A stretch of 64,000 nt of DNA from assembly GCA_049660945.1 (NCBI GenBank), contig JBASZO010000015.1:1338-65337 (forward strand). The letters are read 5' to 3'. The translations under genes and the position numbers were made by a program. The notes beneath the pieces were generated by a model. That model worked only from the letters and a program-made list of their open reading frames with translations, made no database searches and was not told the DNA's origin. Below are positions 8,407 through 17,729 of the stretch, piece after piece; the stretch's first letter is position 1, and each line of letters starts with the position of its first letter. Source of the DNA: Candidatus Saccharimonas sp. (GTDB taxonomy: Bacteria; Patescibacteriota; Saccharimonadia; Saccharimonadales; Saccharimonadaceae).

Positions 8407-9123
8407 ATGACCGAAGACCCCATAGTAACGACTGCACTACAAGAGCTTGCTCAATTCAATCCAAAGTCAGTTTTCCTATATGGCTCACGTGGGCGGGGCG
8501 ATGCCAAGCCCGATAGTGATTACGAGGTTGGTGTTATTTTTGATGATGACAAATATGTGCAGCGCAGCGACATTCACGCAGCGATTTCTAATCCAAACGT
8601 AAAAGCTTACCCGTTCAAGTGGGAAGAACTGCTGCATGGCACCTTCGGGCATGTGTTTCAGAAATCCATTTATCTGCGAGAAATCATAAAAGGTGGGCGT
8701 ACTATTGCGGGCGACCATTTAGTGGAGCAAATTCCGCCGCCGCCCATCACCACACTCGACCTTATACAGCGGCTTCGCTTCGACATTGGTATGGCACTGG
8801 CTGCACTACTATCCTTTCGAGCGGGAGATATGCAGACGAGTATGGAAGAGTTCAGCAAGTCGTGTTTTTTCGGTGTCCGCTGCCTAGAGATTCTAGAGCT
8901 CAAAACATTTCCGGTTGGGTATGACGAAATCTACGAACTTTCGGCAAAAGTCATTACCGATGCAAAGTATAAGGCAGTTTTGGAAGCGGCACGCGCGGTT
9001 CGAACAGGCGGTACAACCGCCGATATAAACATTCTGTACGATAACATCTCACTTCTCGACAGCTTCATCGAACCAAAACTCATCGCCGCCTTCAACGCCA
9101 ACGGTAACCAAACGATTATTTAG
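8407..9123 (+). CDS. Nucleotidyltransferase-domain protein with a helical C-terminal domain (KNTase/MNT-like)
   Basis: Pol-beta-type NTase motif LYGSRGRGDAKPDSDYEVGVIF. Confidence 0.7.
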   Translation: MTEDPIVTTALQELAQFNPKSVFLYGSRGRGDAKPDSDYEVGVIFDDDKYVQRSDIHAAISNPNVKAYPFKWEELLHGTFGHVFQKSIYLREIIKGGRTIAGDHLVEQIPPPPITTLDLIQRLRFDIGMALAALLSFRAGDMQTSMEEFSKSCFFGVRCLEILELKTFPVGYDEIYELSAKVITDAKYKAVLEAARAVRTGGTTADINILYDNISLLDSFIEPKLIAAFNANGNQTII

Positions 9124-9137
9124 GGCTAGGCATGTAG

Positions 9138-12100
9138 TCATGCGGTGGCAGGAACTCGGACTGCCACAACTGCCACACCTGGAATCTTTTCATATGCTTG
9201 TTTTACTTTGACTACAAACGCTTCCCAGTCATCATCACTCGTTGACATATCGTCATACACAAGGAAAATACCCCTTTGGGCACTAAATTCGCGCATATAT
9301 TTCTGTAAGCTCCGATAGGACGCTTGGGTTTCAAGTTTTTTTGCATGTAGTTCACCATGCCCCGAGCGTTTCAGCTCAATTACAATCGGACCGTAGAAAT
9401 TATAGTATACAAGATAGTCAGTGGCGGTGTTATCTACAGCTTGTGACTCTCGTAAAACACGCATACTCTCCGCTGGAAAGCCTTTACGCAATAGTATGTT
9501 CTGTAATTCCATGAAGATATACTTCTGTTCTTGCTTTTCGAGTTTAAAAGTACGACCCTCTTGGGCAACCCATGATCGCCAATCATTATCAAAGGCAGCA
9601 TGAACGATTTCAAATAGCTTAGCATTCGAACTCACGGCAACATATCTCTTGGTGCTTAATTCGTTATGCCTATTAACAGCATCCGCAAAGACAGTTGGTT
9701 TGCCGACTGCTTCAAGGTAGCTTCGTTTCAGTGCGTTTAGGCGATTAATGTATCGCGCTGACACTACATTATCCTTGTAGCCACTTACATGCTTCTCTAA
9801 TTTACTTAAGGGCTCGTAGTCACCATCTATAATAAGATTTGAAAAGTATTGGTCAACAGCCTTCCAGAGATAATAAGCATAGTTTTCCCAGCTTACCCCT
9901 TTGCTCATCAGGTCTGCACCCTTTTGCCACATTCCGAGGTATAAGTCGATGTATTTAGGATTCTTCACGCCATAAAGCGCTGTGATAGTATCACCGTCAC
10001 GCAGCTCATGCTCTCTAAAGTCAACCGTATGCGCGCCTGTTGGTTGCACGAATTCGTAAGCACTTTCTTGGATATATTTGATTAGCCATTTCAGAGCCTG
10101 ATCGTTGCTATGCTTAGTGATTAACAGGGCATTTGCCTTTAGGGCAAGAGCCTTCAAGTTTCCGTCGCTAATATAGGTCTCAACGACCTGCTGAAGCCTT
10201 TTCTCATTCGGCAAGAATGACTGGGATAACTCAAGGGCTTTCTCCCTGTTCCATATAGCGGTGCCATCTTGGTCGACGACCTTATCTAGAATTGGAGCCA
10301 TGTTATGCGCGCTGTACTTTTCAGCAACCTCAAGCAGGTTCCCAATCATAAACTGTGCCCTATCGGCATTAAGGTCGCTGTATGCGTCAATAAGCACATC
10401 TTGTTCTATGGTAGTCATCTCACCTACGACACTGAAGACGGCTTCCAAGCTATCGTTATAAGCAAAGGGGATGAGATTGATGAGCTTTGCACGATACGTT
10501 GCGATATCCTTACGTTGGGTCTTAGCGCCAAATTCTACGCTCAAAGAGAATACATTGAGAAACCTACTGATATTATAGGACTTTGCACCATCCGCAGAAC
10601 GAGCCGTGATTTTTACCTTTGTATCAGCGGGGTCATATGGGTCGAGGAAGTACTTTTTTGCTTCTTGCCACAGAAATTCAAGGTCTTCTTCGGGAACTGA
10701 TTCCATGAGTCCGTTACGACTGTCATTAGTTAAGTCCTGCATTGCTTCGGCTACGCTTTGAGGGTTAGTTTCACGGGCTTTCGTTATATGATTCCTTAGC
10801 TCTTCAAGTGCCGGGTTTTTTGATCCGCTCTTCTTAGACTCGGCTAACGCCTTGTCATACTCCTTATACATATCGGGGAGTAGTGCGCGAGCTTCCTTTT
10901 CAATATCGATAGCATTCGGGTTGTCACTCTTAGGCAGCGCCCTAAGAATGGCGAAAAGCCACCACTCAATATGTTCGGGTTTAGCTTCCTTGATAGCTTG
11001 GGCAAGCTTTGCTGTATCATCTTTTCGCATGATACTCGCTAGGGCATGACTAAGCTCATCGGCTAGAATACGCTTTCTGTCGCTCGTCACGGCAAGGAGT
11101 TCAGAAAAATATAATGGGTCTTTTTCGCCGATAAGCCCGATGGTCTTAGCAATAAATGATGACCGTACTGCGTAATAGCCATATTCAAGCTCAAGGGAAT
11201 TTACGACTAACTGCTTAAGTTTGACTAACCACTGCTGATGCCAATTGGTTTTTATTGCATCTAGAAAACCATCTTCTTCATCTTTGAAAAGTGAGTTATG
11301 CTCAATGAGTTGGAAGAGTATATCGTTGTCTGTCGATATAGTATCCAACGCTCCCTTGATGCCTTCTGATGAGTCAACACCGAGTAAGCCATGTCGACCA
11401 TAATGCGACTCCGGGTTTTTTATCCCAGCCACGAATATTTGAATTGCTTCAGAACTGTTACGGTTTAGCTCGTTTGCGAGCGACTGCAAAGAGTCCAGAA
11501 TCATTGAGTCCGTACTAGATGTGAGCGGTAAGAGTTCTGCCAAAACGCTCTCATCCTTGAATTCACCCAGCGCGTCGACCATTTCACGTTGAATATGCGC
11601 TTCCGGTGATGTCTTTGCTAGTTCTATCATTCGAGCGCGAACGGTAATGCGTTGCTGCTGAGGAAGCTTGCCTAATGAGGCGGTATAGCCAACAATCCGC
11701 GCTGCGTTCACGAGTTTTATCTTCGTGGCTTCGTCGTCAGCTTTTGCGTTGATTACTTTTAGCAGTGGCGGAAGCTGGTCGTCGAGGATGTAGTTCGCTA
11801 AATTAAAAGCAATTTCATCTGCTATGGGCAGGCTATGGTCAAAGTAGTACTTCGAGACTCGCTCATAGATGTCTCTTTTATAATCCTCGCTGAGTTTGAG
11901 CGACGTCGAGCCAGTCAGTAACCTATGCCACGACTCATCTACTGCAACGGCGTCAGGATTGTCCTTAAGGTTTGCAAGTTCCGGGAGTAGCTCGGGCATC
12001 TCGTCAATGAGAAATGAAACAGTATTCTCCCATGAGGGATATAGCTCACGGAGGTTTGGCTCGATAGCAATGTCGAATAGGGCATGCCACTTATCCTTCA

Positions 12101-13121
12101 GGTCTAGTATGGCTTTGGCGGCAAGATATTCTTGCATCTCGGCGTTATCAAAGCTTACGTTATCATCCTTATCTTTCTTTAATAGGCTATGAACATACAG
12201 GTCATCGACTGTAGTTTGCGACAATAGTGCTAGTTTCGCATCTGACTTTGCGTCATCCAGAAAAGTCGTGAACTCTCTTTCGCTCACAGTATTTACCTGT
12301 GCGATCTCCATAGTTAGTGCTAATCGCTCGAGAAAACGACGCTTAATCTGCTTGAGAGAAGAAGCGTTTTTGGCGTCTTCTGCTTTAAGTGCGTTATCTA
12401 CGAAGTTGTCGAAAATGACTGCCCTGTTAATATTTTCCGTAACGGACGGATTCGCCTTGATAAAGTCTGCTAAGAACTCAAGATATCTGGGGTTCTGTAC
12501 AACGAGCGGATCTTCTCGTCTGAAGCGTAGACTTTTAATGATGGTCTCGATTTTTGCATTTGAGATACCTAGACTGGACAGGAATTGGCGAGATTGTTTG
12601 AGTTCCAGTGTTTCAACCATTACGTACCGAGCGTGAGTAAGGTCGGAAAATTGTGGAGTGTATTGCGTAAAATAGTGCAGTCGAGAGGCAATAATTATTT
12701 TATGGTTAGCATGGTTGCGTATGTATTCCTTAATGCGGCGAATGGCGTGCAATATGTCCGTCTGGGCTATTTCATCTAGGCCATCTAGTAAAACAACCGA
12801 TTCATCCTCTGGCTTCCAGCCGAGAGCCTGTGCGTTTATGAAACTATCTATCGTTTCCTCTCGACCCCTTGTCTTAAGGTCAACTATAACTTTCTGTTGA
12901 GCTGCTTGTCGGCGGAGTTCCATAAGAAGGCGTGTCTTGCCCTGACCCGGCTCGCCCACGACGAATACCAACTGCTGGCTCAATATGTCCCCTGGTGTAA
13001 CGTGCGTATCTTTATGCGCCCAAGCCAAATAGCGGCCATACTGCCTATAGTCGTCGAGGAGATTCTCGAAAGACACGGCCATTAATAAATTTGGTGTGAT
13101 GTAAGGTGTTTCTTCTCTCAT
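9138..13121 (-). CDS. 1327-aa STAND/NACHT-type P-loop NTPase with a long alpha-helical repeat region and a probable C-terminal PD-(D/E)xK nuclease-like domain
   Basis: Walker A VVGEPGQGKT (aa 54-63, nt 12933-12956). NACHT-like Walker B VVLLDGLDEI (aa 109-118). About 800 aa of helical, repeat-like sequence follows. The C-terminal ...TDYLVYYNFYGPIVIELKRSG... fits D...ExK. Confidence 0.8.
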   Translation of the reverse strand: MREETPYITPNLLMAVSFENLLDDYRQYGRYLAWAHKDTHVTPGDILSQQLVFVVGEPGQGKTRLLMELRRQAAQQKVIVDLKTRGREETIDSFINAQALGWKPEDESVVLLDGLDEIAQTDILHAIRRIKEYIRNHANHKIIIASRLHYFTQYTPQFSDLTHARYVMVETLELKQSRQFLSSLGISNAKIETIIKSLRFRREDPLVVQNPRYLEFLADFIKANPSVTENINRAVIFDNFVDNALKAEDAKNASSLKQIKRRFLERLALTMEIAQVNTVSEREFTTFLDDAKSDAKLALLSQTTVDDLYVHSLLKKDKDDNVSFDNAEMQEYLAAKAILDLKDKWHALFDIAIEPNLRELYPSWENTVSFLIDEMPELLPELANLKDNPDAVAVDESWHRLLTGSTSLKLSEDYKRDIYERVSKYYFDHSLPIADEIAFNLANYILDDQLPPLLKVINAKADDEATKIKLVNAARIVGYTASLGKLPQQQRITVRARMIELAKTSPEAHIQREMVDALGEFKDESVLAELLPLTSSTDSMILDSLQSLANELNRNSSEAIQIFVAGIKNPESHYGRHGLLGVDSSEGIKGALDTISTDNDILFQLIEHNSLFKDEEDGFLDAIKTNWHQQWLVKLKQLVVNSLELEYGYYAVRSSFIAKTIGLIGEKDPLYFSELLAVTSDRKRILADELSHALASIMRKDDTAKLAQAIKEAKPEHIEWWLFAILRALPKSDNPNAIDIEKEARALLPDMYKEYDKALAESKKSGSKNPALEELRNHITKARETNPQSVAEAMQDLTNDSRNGLMESVPEEDLEFLWQEAKKYFLDPYDPADTKVKITARSADGAKSYNISRFLNVFSLSVEFGAKTQRKDIATYRAKLINLIPFAYNDSLEAVFSVVGEMTTIEQDVLIDAYSDLNADRAQFMIGNLLEVAEKYSAHNMAPILDKVVDQDGTAIWNREKALELSQSFLPNEKRLQQVVETYISDGNLKALALKANALLITKHSNDQALKWLIKYIQESAYEFVQPTGAHTVDFREHELRDGDTITALYGVKNPKYIDLYLGMWQKGADLMSKGVSWENYAYYLWKAVDQYFSNLIIDGDYEPLSKLEKHVSGYKDNVVSARYINRLNALKRSYLEAVGKPTVFADAVNRHNELSTKRYVAVSSNAKLFEIVHAAFDNDWRSWVAQEGRTFKLEKQEQKYIFMELQNILLRKGFPAESMRVLRESQAVDNTATDYLVYYNFYGPIVIELKRSGHGELHAKKLETQASYRSLQKYMREFSAQRGIFLVYDDMSTSDDDWEAFVVKVKQAYEKIPGVAVVAVRVPATA

Positions 13122-13241
13122 TCTACCTGTTATTTTAGCACCTGAGCGGTAGCCGTGGCCTATAGATTAAATCATGCTAATACAGAGTCATGACTTTCTC
13201 GCTGTTCCGGCAAATATACAGTAGGCGCTTGTCGATAAAGA

Positions 13242-13487
13242 CTACTTTACTGAACAGTGGGTTTTGGTCCAGTTGGTAACTGAGTCTTCGGCGCTCAGGC
13301 CACTGAGGCTGGCAGAGATTGCGCCGGATGGGTTGTCTTTGATAGATTGGAAAGTCTTTTTAAGTGTAGTGACATCGGGCTCGATTTCTTTGGGGGCAAC
13401 GGCTTCGAGTTTTGAGAAGGCATTCACAAAATCGCCTAGCTCGCTCCAGGAATAATTTTTCCCAAGCTGAGGTGTTATGCTATTGGC
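13242..13487 (-). pseudogene. 5'-truncated remnant of a paralog of gene 16080-16481
   Basis: The translated ..SWSELGDFVNAFSKLEAVAPKEIEPDVTTLKKTFQSIKDNPSGAISASLSGLSAEDSVTNWTKTHCSVK aligns residue for residue with the C-terminal half of 16080-16481. The N-terminal TM segment and start are missing. Confidence 0.6.
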
Positions 13488-13529
13488 ATGAGATTGCCTT
13501 GGTTTAAAAAGTTCTATCGTTCTGTTCTT

Positions 13530-14138
13530 ATGAGGAAGACCCCGTTATTTAGTTTAACCGTCATGCAGTTTTTGTTAATGTTTGTAGTCATAATTGGCGG
13601 GACGGCTGGTGTTATAGCGTCTCAACATCGGCAGCCAGCAACAAAAGACACAAGTACTCATCGACCAACAAACGAGACGGATACTAAAGCGGCATTACCG
13701 AAAGAGGACATAATACCGCAAGACAATACCCAACAGAGCACAAGCAGTCAGAACTCAACAAATCCAACCGGTACTAACGACTTAGGAAGTACTTTGGACC
13801 AGTATGGATGTGCGACCAACACTCCAAGTTATAGTCAGTGTGTCAAGAACGCAAAAGCCCTATGGTGCGATACTCAAGTATCGGCTCCATCTTCTGTATT
13901 TAATTCAGCGACGCTTCAAGCCAGAACGGCCTACAACACAGTGATGAATGAATGGGAGGTCATGCAGTACAAGACCGTACACAGTCCAAAGTCAGAATAC
14001 TTAGCAGATGCAAGTAACAAATTTAACACCCTATACGAACCGGCATTCTCTACTTATACCACAGAAGTACAGTCCTTAAATTCACAAGGGTGTAGCATTG
14101 CATACCCTGTCCACGAATCACCTGGACAATACTTGTAG
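13530..14138 (+). CDS. Hypothetical membrane-anchored or secreted protein, Ser/Thr/Gln-rich linker, Cys-containing C-terminal domain
   Basis: N-terminal hydrophobic segment LFSLTVMQFLLMFVVIIGGTAGVIA. No recognisable family. Start at ATG 13530 or 13488. Confidence 0.5.
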   Translation: MRKTPLFSLTVMQFLLMFVVIIGGTAGVIASQHRQPATKDTSTHRPTNETDTKAALPKEDIIPQDNTQQSTSSQNSTNPTGTNDLGSTLDQYGCATNTPSYSQCVKNAKALWCDTQVSAPSSVFNSATLQARTAYNTVMNEWEVMQYKTVHSPKSEYLADASNKFNTLYEPAFSTYTTEVQSLNSQGCSIAYPVHESPGQYL

Positions 14139-14169
14139 CGCATGACAAAAACAAGAGAGGCTAATCACG

Positions 14170-15114
14170 ATGACTGATGAAAACGAAAAAGACAAGCGTA
14201 AGAAAATAATCATACTAATTTTCATGGCGAGCCCTTTATGTGGTGCCCTAATTTTTGGCATACTTGGAGCGTTAGTGGGGCTTATTGGGGACAGTTTTAC
14301 GCCATTATCGGGATTTCTATGGGGTCTCGTTGTGGGGGTTCTTGTGGTAGTTATATCTGGAGCTGGCGTATTGAGCTGGGAATGGATAAAAAAAGAAGCA
14401 ATCAAAGGAAGAGTACTTCCGTATATGCTATGTGGTATTGGTGCAGCCATTGCCATAAGTGGTATTTTTGCTATTAATTTAGGTCGACCAAGTTGTGAGG
14501 AGCAGGGGGACGCACCTTACAGTAATTGTGTGACATACGCGAATGATGGTTTTGAGGCAACTTCTACACAACGTTGGCATAAGTTCTGGGGGGCCTTACC
14601 GATTGCCGTAATCATATGTTTACTAATTGCCTTCATCGCGCACAATCAAGTAGAGAAAAATCGCCCGAAACACTTTAAGTCAGACGAAGACAGATTTACT
14701 GTCGGTATATTTCCAGAAACTATTTCGGTGAAGATGCATAAGGATGGAAATAACTACAAATACGCAATTGAAGGTGTCGTGGAGTATGCAATATATGCCA
14801 TACCCTTAGATGAACGCCTCAAGAGTCAGCGTGAGATACAAGAAACAATTGAATCATCTCACAAAGAAACAGTATCTTCTGCGCTTGGAATTGATGTTGA
14901 TAAAATCCAATATAGCAAGGGCAGTAAGCAGGGTTCACCATATGTGTACGGATCGTATCCGATTAGAAAAGATTTCTCTTGTTATTACCTCACACTAGCG
15001 AAGTATGGAAAAGTTTACGGGCTTATTATGCATATAAGTCATAGTGAACACGCAGGTAAATCTTCTCTCGATAAAACTTTCTTCGAATTTGTCGATAGCT
15101 TTCGGTTTACATAA
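14170..15114 (+). CDS. Hypothetical polytopic membrane protein with Gly-zipper TM segments and a soluble C-terminal domain
   Basis: Several hydrophobic stretches (GALIFGILGALVGLIG, LWGLVVGVLVVVISGAGV, CGIGAAIAISGIFAI, LPIAVIICLLIAFIA). No family recognised. Confidence 0.55.
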   Translation: MTDENEKDKRKKIIILIFMASPLCGALIFGILGALVGLIGDSFTPLSGFLWGLVVGVLVVVISGAGVLSWEWIKKEAIKGRVLPYMLCGIGAAIAISGIFAINLGRPSCEEQGDAPYSNCVTYANDGFEATSTQRWHKFWGALPIAVIICLLIAFIAHNQVEKNRPKHFKSDEDRFTVGIFPETISVKMHKDGNNYKYAIEGVVEYAIYAIPLDERLKSQREIQETIESSHKETVSSALGIDVDKIQYSKGSKQGSPYVYGSYPIRKDFSCYYLTLAKYGKVYGLIMHISHSEHAGKSSLDKTFFEFVDSFRFT

Positions 15115-15257
15115 AAGAGTACTTAGGGGGTAGATCTACACGTTAGTGCACTTTTCTTGTCAAAACCTGCGTCAGACTCGCGGTAAACTCTGCATCCGCT
15201 CTGTACTAGAAATAGGGTATTCAGGTATTTGAGTCTTCGACAATGTAGAATAATCTT

Positions 15258-15587
15258 ATGGATGCTAAGAAATCAATTGCAAATACCGGAAAAGTGATAG
15301 TTACCGGTGGCGCTGCAGCCGTTGGTGGTAACTGGAAAACGGTAGTTGCCGCGGCACTTGGCGAAAGCTTATCCATTGTAATAGACAAAGCCTTTGCTGA
15401 CATGTCCCAGACACGTGCGGCGCAGTTATTTGATAGTGCTGAATTTGTTAATCAGGTTGTAATGGAAAGTAAACTTCCCACGACCTTACGGTCGGGGCAT
15501 TATCTGTTTCAAACCAATCCCAATTGGTTTGCGAGTGGGTCATTCATCCCACGGCCTGACGGCCGGGGAATCCTGAGCCAGGATTAA
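15258..15587 (+). CDS. Hypothetical small protein with a Gly/Ala-rich N-terminus
   Basis: ORF-track entry. VTGGAAAVGGNWKTVVAAALG segment. No family recognised. Confidence 0.45.
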   Translation: MDAKKSIANTGKVIVTGGAAAVGGNWKTVVAAALGESLSIVIDKAFADMSQTRAAQLFDSAEFVNQVVMESKLPTTLRSGHYLFQTNPNWFASGSFIPRPDGRGILSQD

Positions 15588-15612
15588 AAGCTCAGAGGAT
15601 TACGCTTCACTG

Positions 15613-16044
15613 GTGCTAGATATATGGAAAAGGTATAACTTTGAGAGTTCGGAACAAAGGCGAAAATTACTAAAGGCGATCCTTCAAAGAGCTACCTACG
15701 AACAACAGAGGAGCTACGAAAACTTTAGCAAGATTTTACTAGTGACCCAGCAAATTACAGGCATAGAACTAATCGTTCTCGCCGCCTTTTATATGATTGG
15801 AGCTTACGCATATTCGGATAACCCTCATGGTTCAAGCGAGGAAAGTTTTCAACTAAATGCTAATGAGATGGACAGACTTTTAAAGGATAGACGTCTGTGC
15901 GAAGACACCTTGCCGGAACTTGCACAAGCTTTAACTCAGCTTGGTAATTACGGCCTGATTGCGGAACGTCCGGCCATCATAGGAGGTCCCTACTACACTC
16001 CATTACACTTTGATAGGACATTTCTCAGCTATATTGAAAGCTAG
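15613..16044 (+). CDS. Hypothetical protein with one predicted TM segment
   Basis: ORF-track entry with GTG start. Hydrophobic GIELIVLAAFYMIGAYAY. Confidence 0.45.
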   Translation: MLDIWKRYNFESSEQRRKLLKAILQRATYEQQRSYENFSKILLVTQQITGIELIVLAAFYMIGAYAYSDNPHGSSEESFQLNANEMDRLLKDRRLCEDTLPELAQALTQLGNYGLIAERPAIIGGPYYTPLHFDRTFLSYIES

Positions 16045-16079
16045 CACAAGTCCTGGCATATATTTTTTGAATGCCAATA

Positions 16080-16481
16080 CTAGCGCATGCCGCAATGAAT
16101 CTTGGTCCAGTTTTTTACTGAATCCTCGGCTCCTAGCCCGCTTAGACTAGCGGAGATCGCGCTAGATGGGTTGTCTTTAATGGATTGGAAAGTCTTTTTC
16201 AGCGTGGTCACATCGGGCTCGATTTCTTTTGGAGCGACGGCTTCGAGCTTGGAAAAAGCGTTCACAAAGTCGCCAGGGTCGCTGGATGAATGGCTGAATA
16301 CCTTAACGCTGTATGTATCGCCTGTAGCATGGGCTAGGATATTCGACTGCTCACCGTATACCTTGCAGTAGCTGGCCACACTTCGTTCCGGCTTATGTAG
16401 CCCGAAGAACAAAAGCCCTACGACCACAAGAACGAGAAGTGCGGCGGCGATATAGATTGGTCTCTTCCGGGTCTGTTTCAT
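16080..16481 (-). CDS. Hypothetical N-terminally anchored exported protein (full-length paralog of remnant 13242-13487)
   Basis: MKQTRKRPIYIAAALLVLVVVGLLFFG signal-anchor. Start at the internal ATG 16481. Confidence 0.6.
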   Translation of the reverse strand: MKQTRKRPIYIAAALLVLVVVGLLFFGLHKPERSVASYCKVYGEQSNILAHATGDTYSVKVFSHSSSDPGDFVNAFSKLEAVAPKEIEPDVTTLKKTFQSIKDNPSSAISASLSGLGAEDSVKNWTKIHCGMR

Positions 16482-16557
16482 GGCTAAATGCAGTATACCG
16501 TATGTCACATCTAAGTATCGACACGTCCTTAGGCTATGTGCTTCGGAATGCACGAAA

Positions 16558-17238
16558 TTACGAAAACTCTATGTTGCAGCTATTCTTCTTTGAAGTGTAA
16601 GAGTCTTCAATGCGTTGCAGATTCTCCGATGACATGTGATAGATGTTATTACCACTGGCATCTTTTGTCACAGATACCGCGTTTATTTCTAGCGTATGAT
16701 TATAGTCTTGTCTGGCGGTCTCTAAGCAGCGATTACTCGCCGCAGTTTTACCAGATTGAATGGCTGCATCCGAAGCGGCCATGGCCTTTGTCGGATTCGT
16801 AGTGCATTCCTTTTCATCTATTGTTTTATCAAAGCCCGCGATTACACTGTCGGTGGGAGCGGGATATGAGCCATAAAGCGTAAATATCTTGCTATTATTC
16901 GCATAGATTTCATCCTTACAGCTTTTTATTGATGCTTCTAGTTTTGCTTTTGTCTCTTGTGCGGCGATTTTATTGTTATGGGTTATCGTAAAGAAAGTAG
17001 CACCACCATATAAAAGCATGAAGCCAATAGATAAGGCTATACCTCCCAGGGCAAGTCTTCTTACTCCACGTATTCGTCTAATGGCTTTTTTAGAGTCTTC
17101 GGGTGGTTCAATTGATGCTATGTTTGAAAGACTTATTATTCCGAGAATCAAACCGACCAGGGGGATAATAGCGCCTAAATAGCTCCAACCACCCGTATTG
17201 CGTGCCCTATTTAGAGCAGCGACATCTTCTTTGTCCAT
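16558..17238 (-). CDS. Hypothetical membrane protein (two TM segments, Cys-containing extracytoplasmic domain)
   Basis: TM segments WSYLGAIIPLVGLILGIISL and LALGGIALSIGFMLLYGGATFF. No family recognised. Confidence 0.55.
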   Translation of the reverse strand: MDKEDVAALNRARNTGGWSYLGAIIPLVGLILGIISLSNIASIEPPEDSKKAIRRIRGVRRLALGGIALSIGFMLLYGGATFFTITHNNKIAAQETKAKLEASIKSCKDEIYANNSKIFTLYGSYPAPTDSVIAGFDKTIDEKECTTNPTKAMAASDAAIQSGKTAASNRCLETARQDYNHTLEINAVSVTKDASGNNIYHMSSENLQRIEDSYTSKKNSCNIEFS

Positions 17239-17325
17239 AGACGCCTTTTACCCTCAATCTTCATTAATTAATCAAAGTATAGCAAACAATCTATGAAGAT
17301 ACTGCTTAAGGTTATGAAATAATAT

Positions 17326-17355
17326 TTGCTAAAATGCAAATATTTCTTATATAAT
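17326..17355 (+). promoter_or_regulatory. Sigma70-like promoter of the T4SS-like operon, overlapped by a 9-bp inverted repeat
   Basis: TTGCTA (17326-31), 18-nt spacer, TATAAT (17350-55). Inverted repeat aatatttgc-N6-gcaaatatt at 17321-17344. An AAGGAGAGGG RBS precedes the ATG at 17382. Confidence 0.5.
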
Positions 17356-17381
17356 CGAAACCAAACAATAAGGAGAGGGTA

Positions 17382-17723
17382 ATGACTAGAAAATCTTTGG
17401 GAGCCGTTATGCTTTTCGCAGCTATCGGGGCGCCGCTTGTTTTAAGCCACCCCGCACTCGCCGCCACCGGGGGTGACATCAGCAATGTCGAGAACTTTAT
17501 TCGCAACGTCATAAAGGTGTTGGCTGGTCTTGCAGGTCTGGTTGCGACCGGCTTCTTCGTAGTCGGAGGTTTCAGCTACATCACCAGCTCAGGTAACCCT
17601 GAACATTTGGACCGGGCAAAGCGCACCCTTACTTACTCTGCGCTGGGTCTTGCTATCACCATCGGTGCGTTCGTCCTCAGCAACATCGTCACTACACTCG
17701 CTACCAACGCTTTCGGGAGTTAA
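17382..17723 (+). CDS. TrbC/VirB2-like T4SS pilin-type protein
   Basis: Signal peptide ending ALA-ATGG, then two hydrophobic helices flanking GGFSYITSSGNPEHLDRAKRTL. This is the typical layout of Gram-positive and CPR T4SS pilin-like proteins. Confidence 0.7.
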   Translation: MTRKSLGAVMLFAAIGAPLVLSHPALAATGGDISNVENFIRNVIKVLAGLAGLVATGFFVVGGFSYITSSGNPEHLDRAKRTLTYSALGLAITIGAFVLSNIVTTLATNAFGS

Positions 17724-17729
17724 CCGAAC

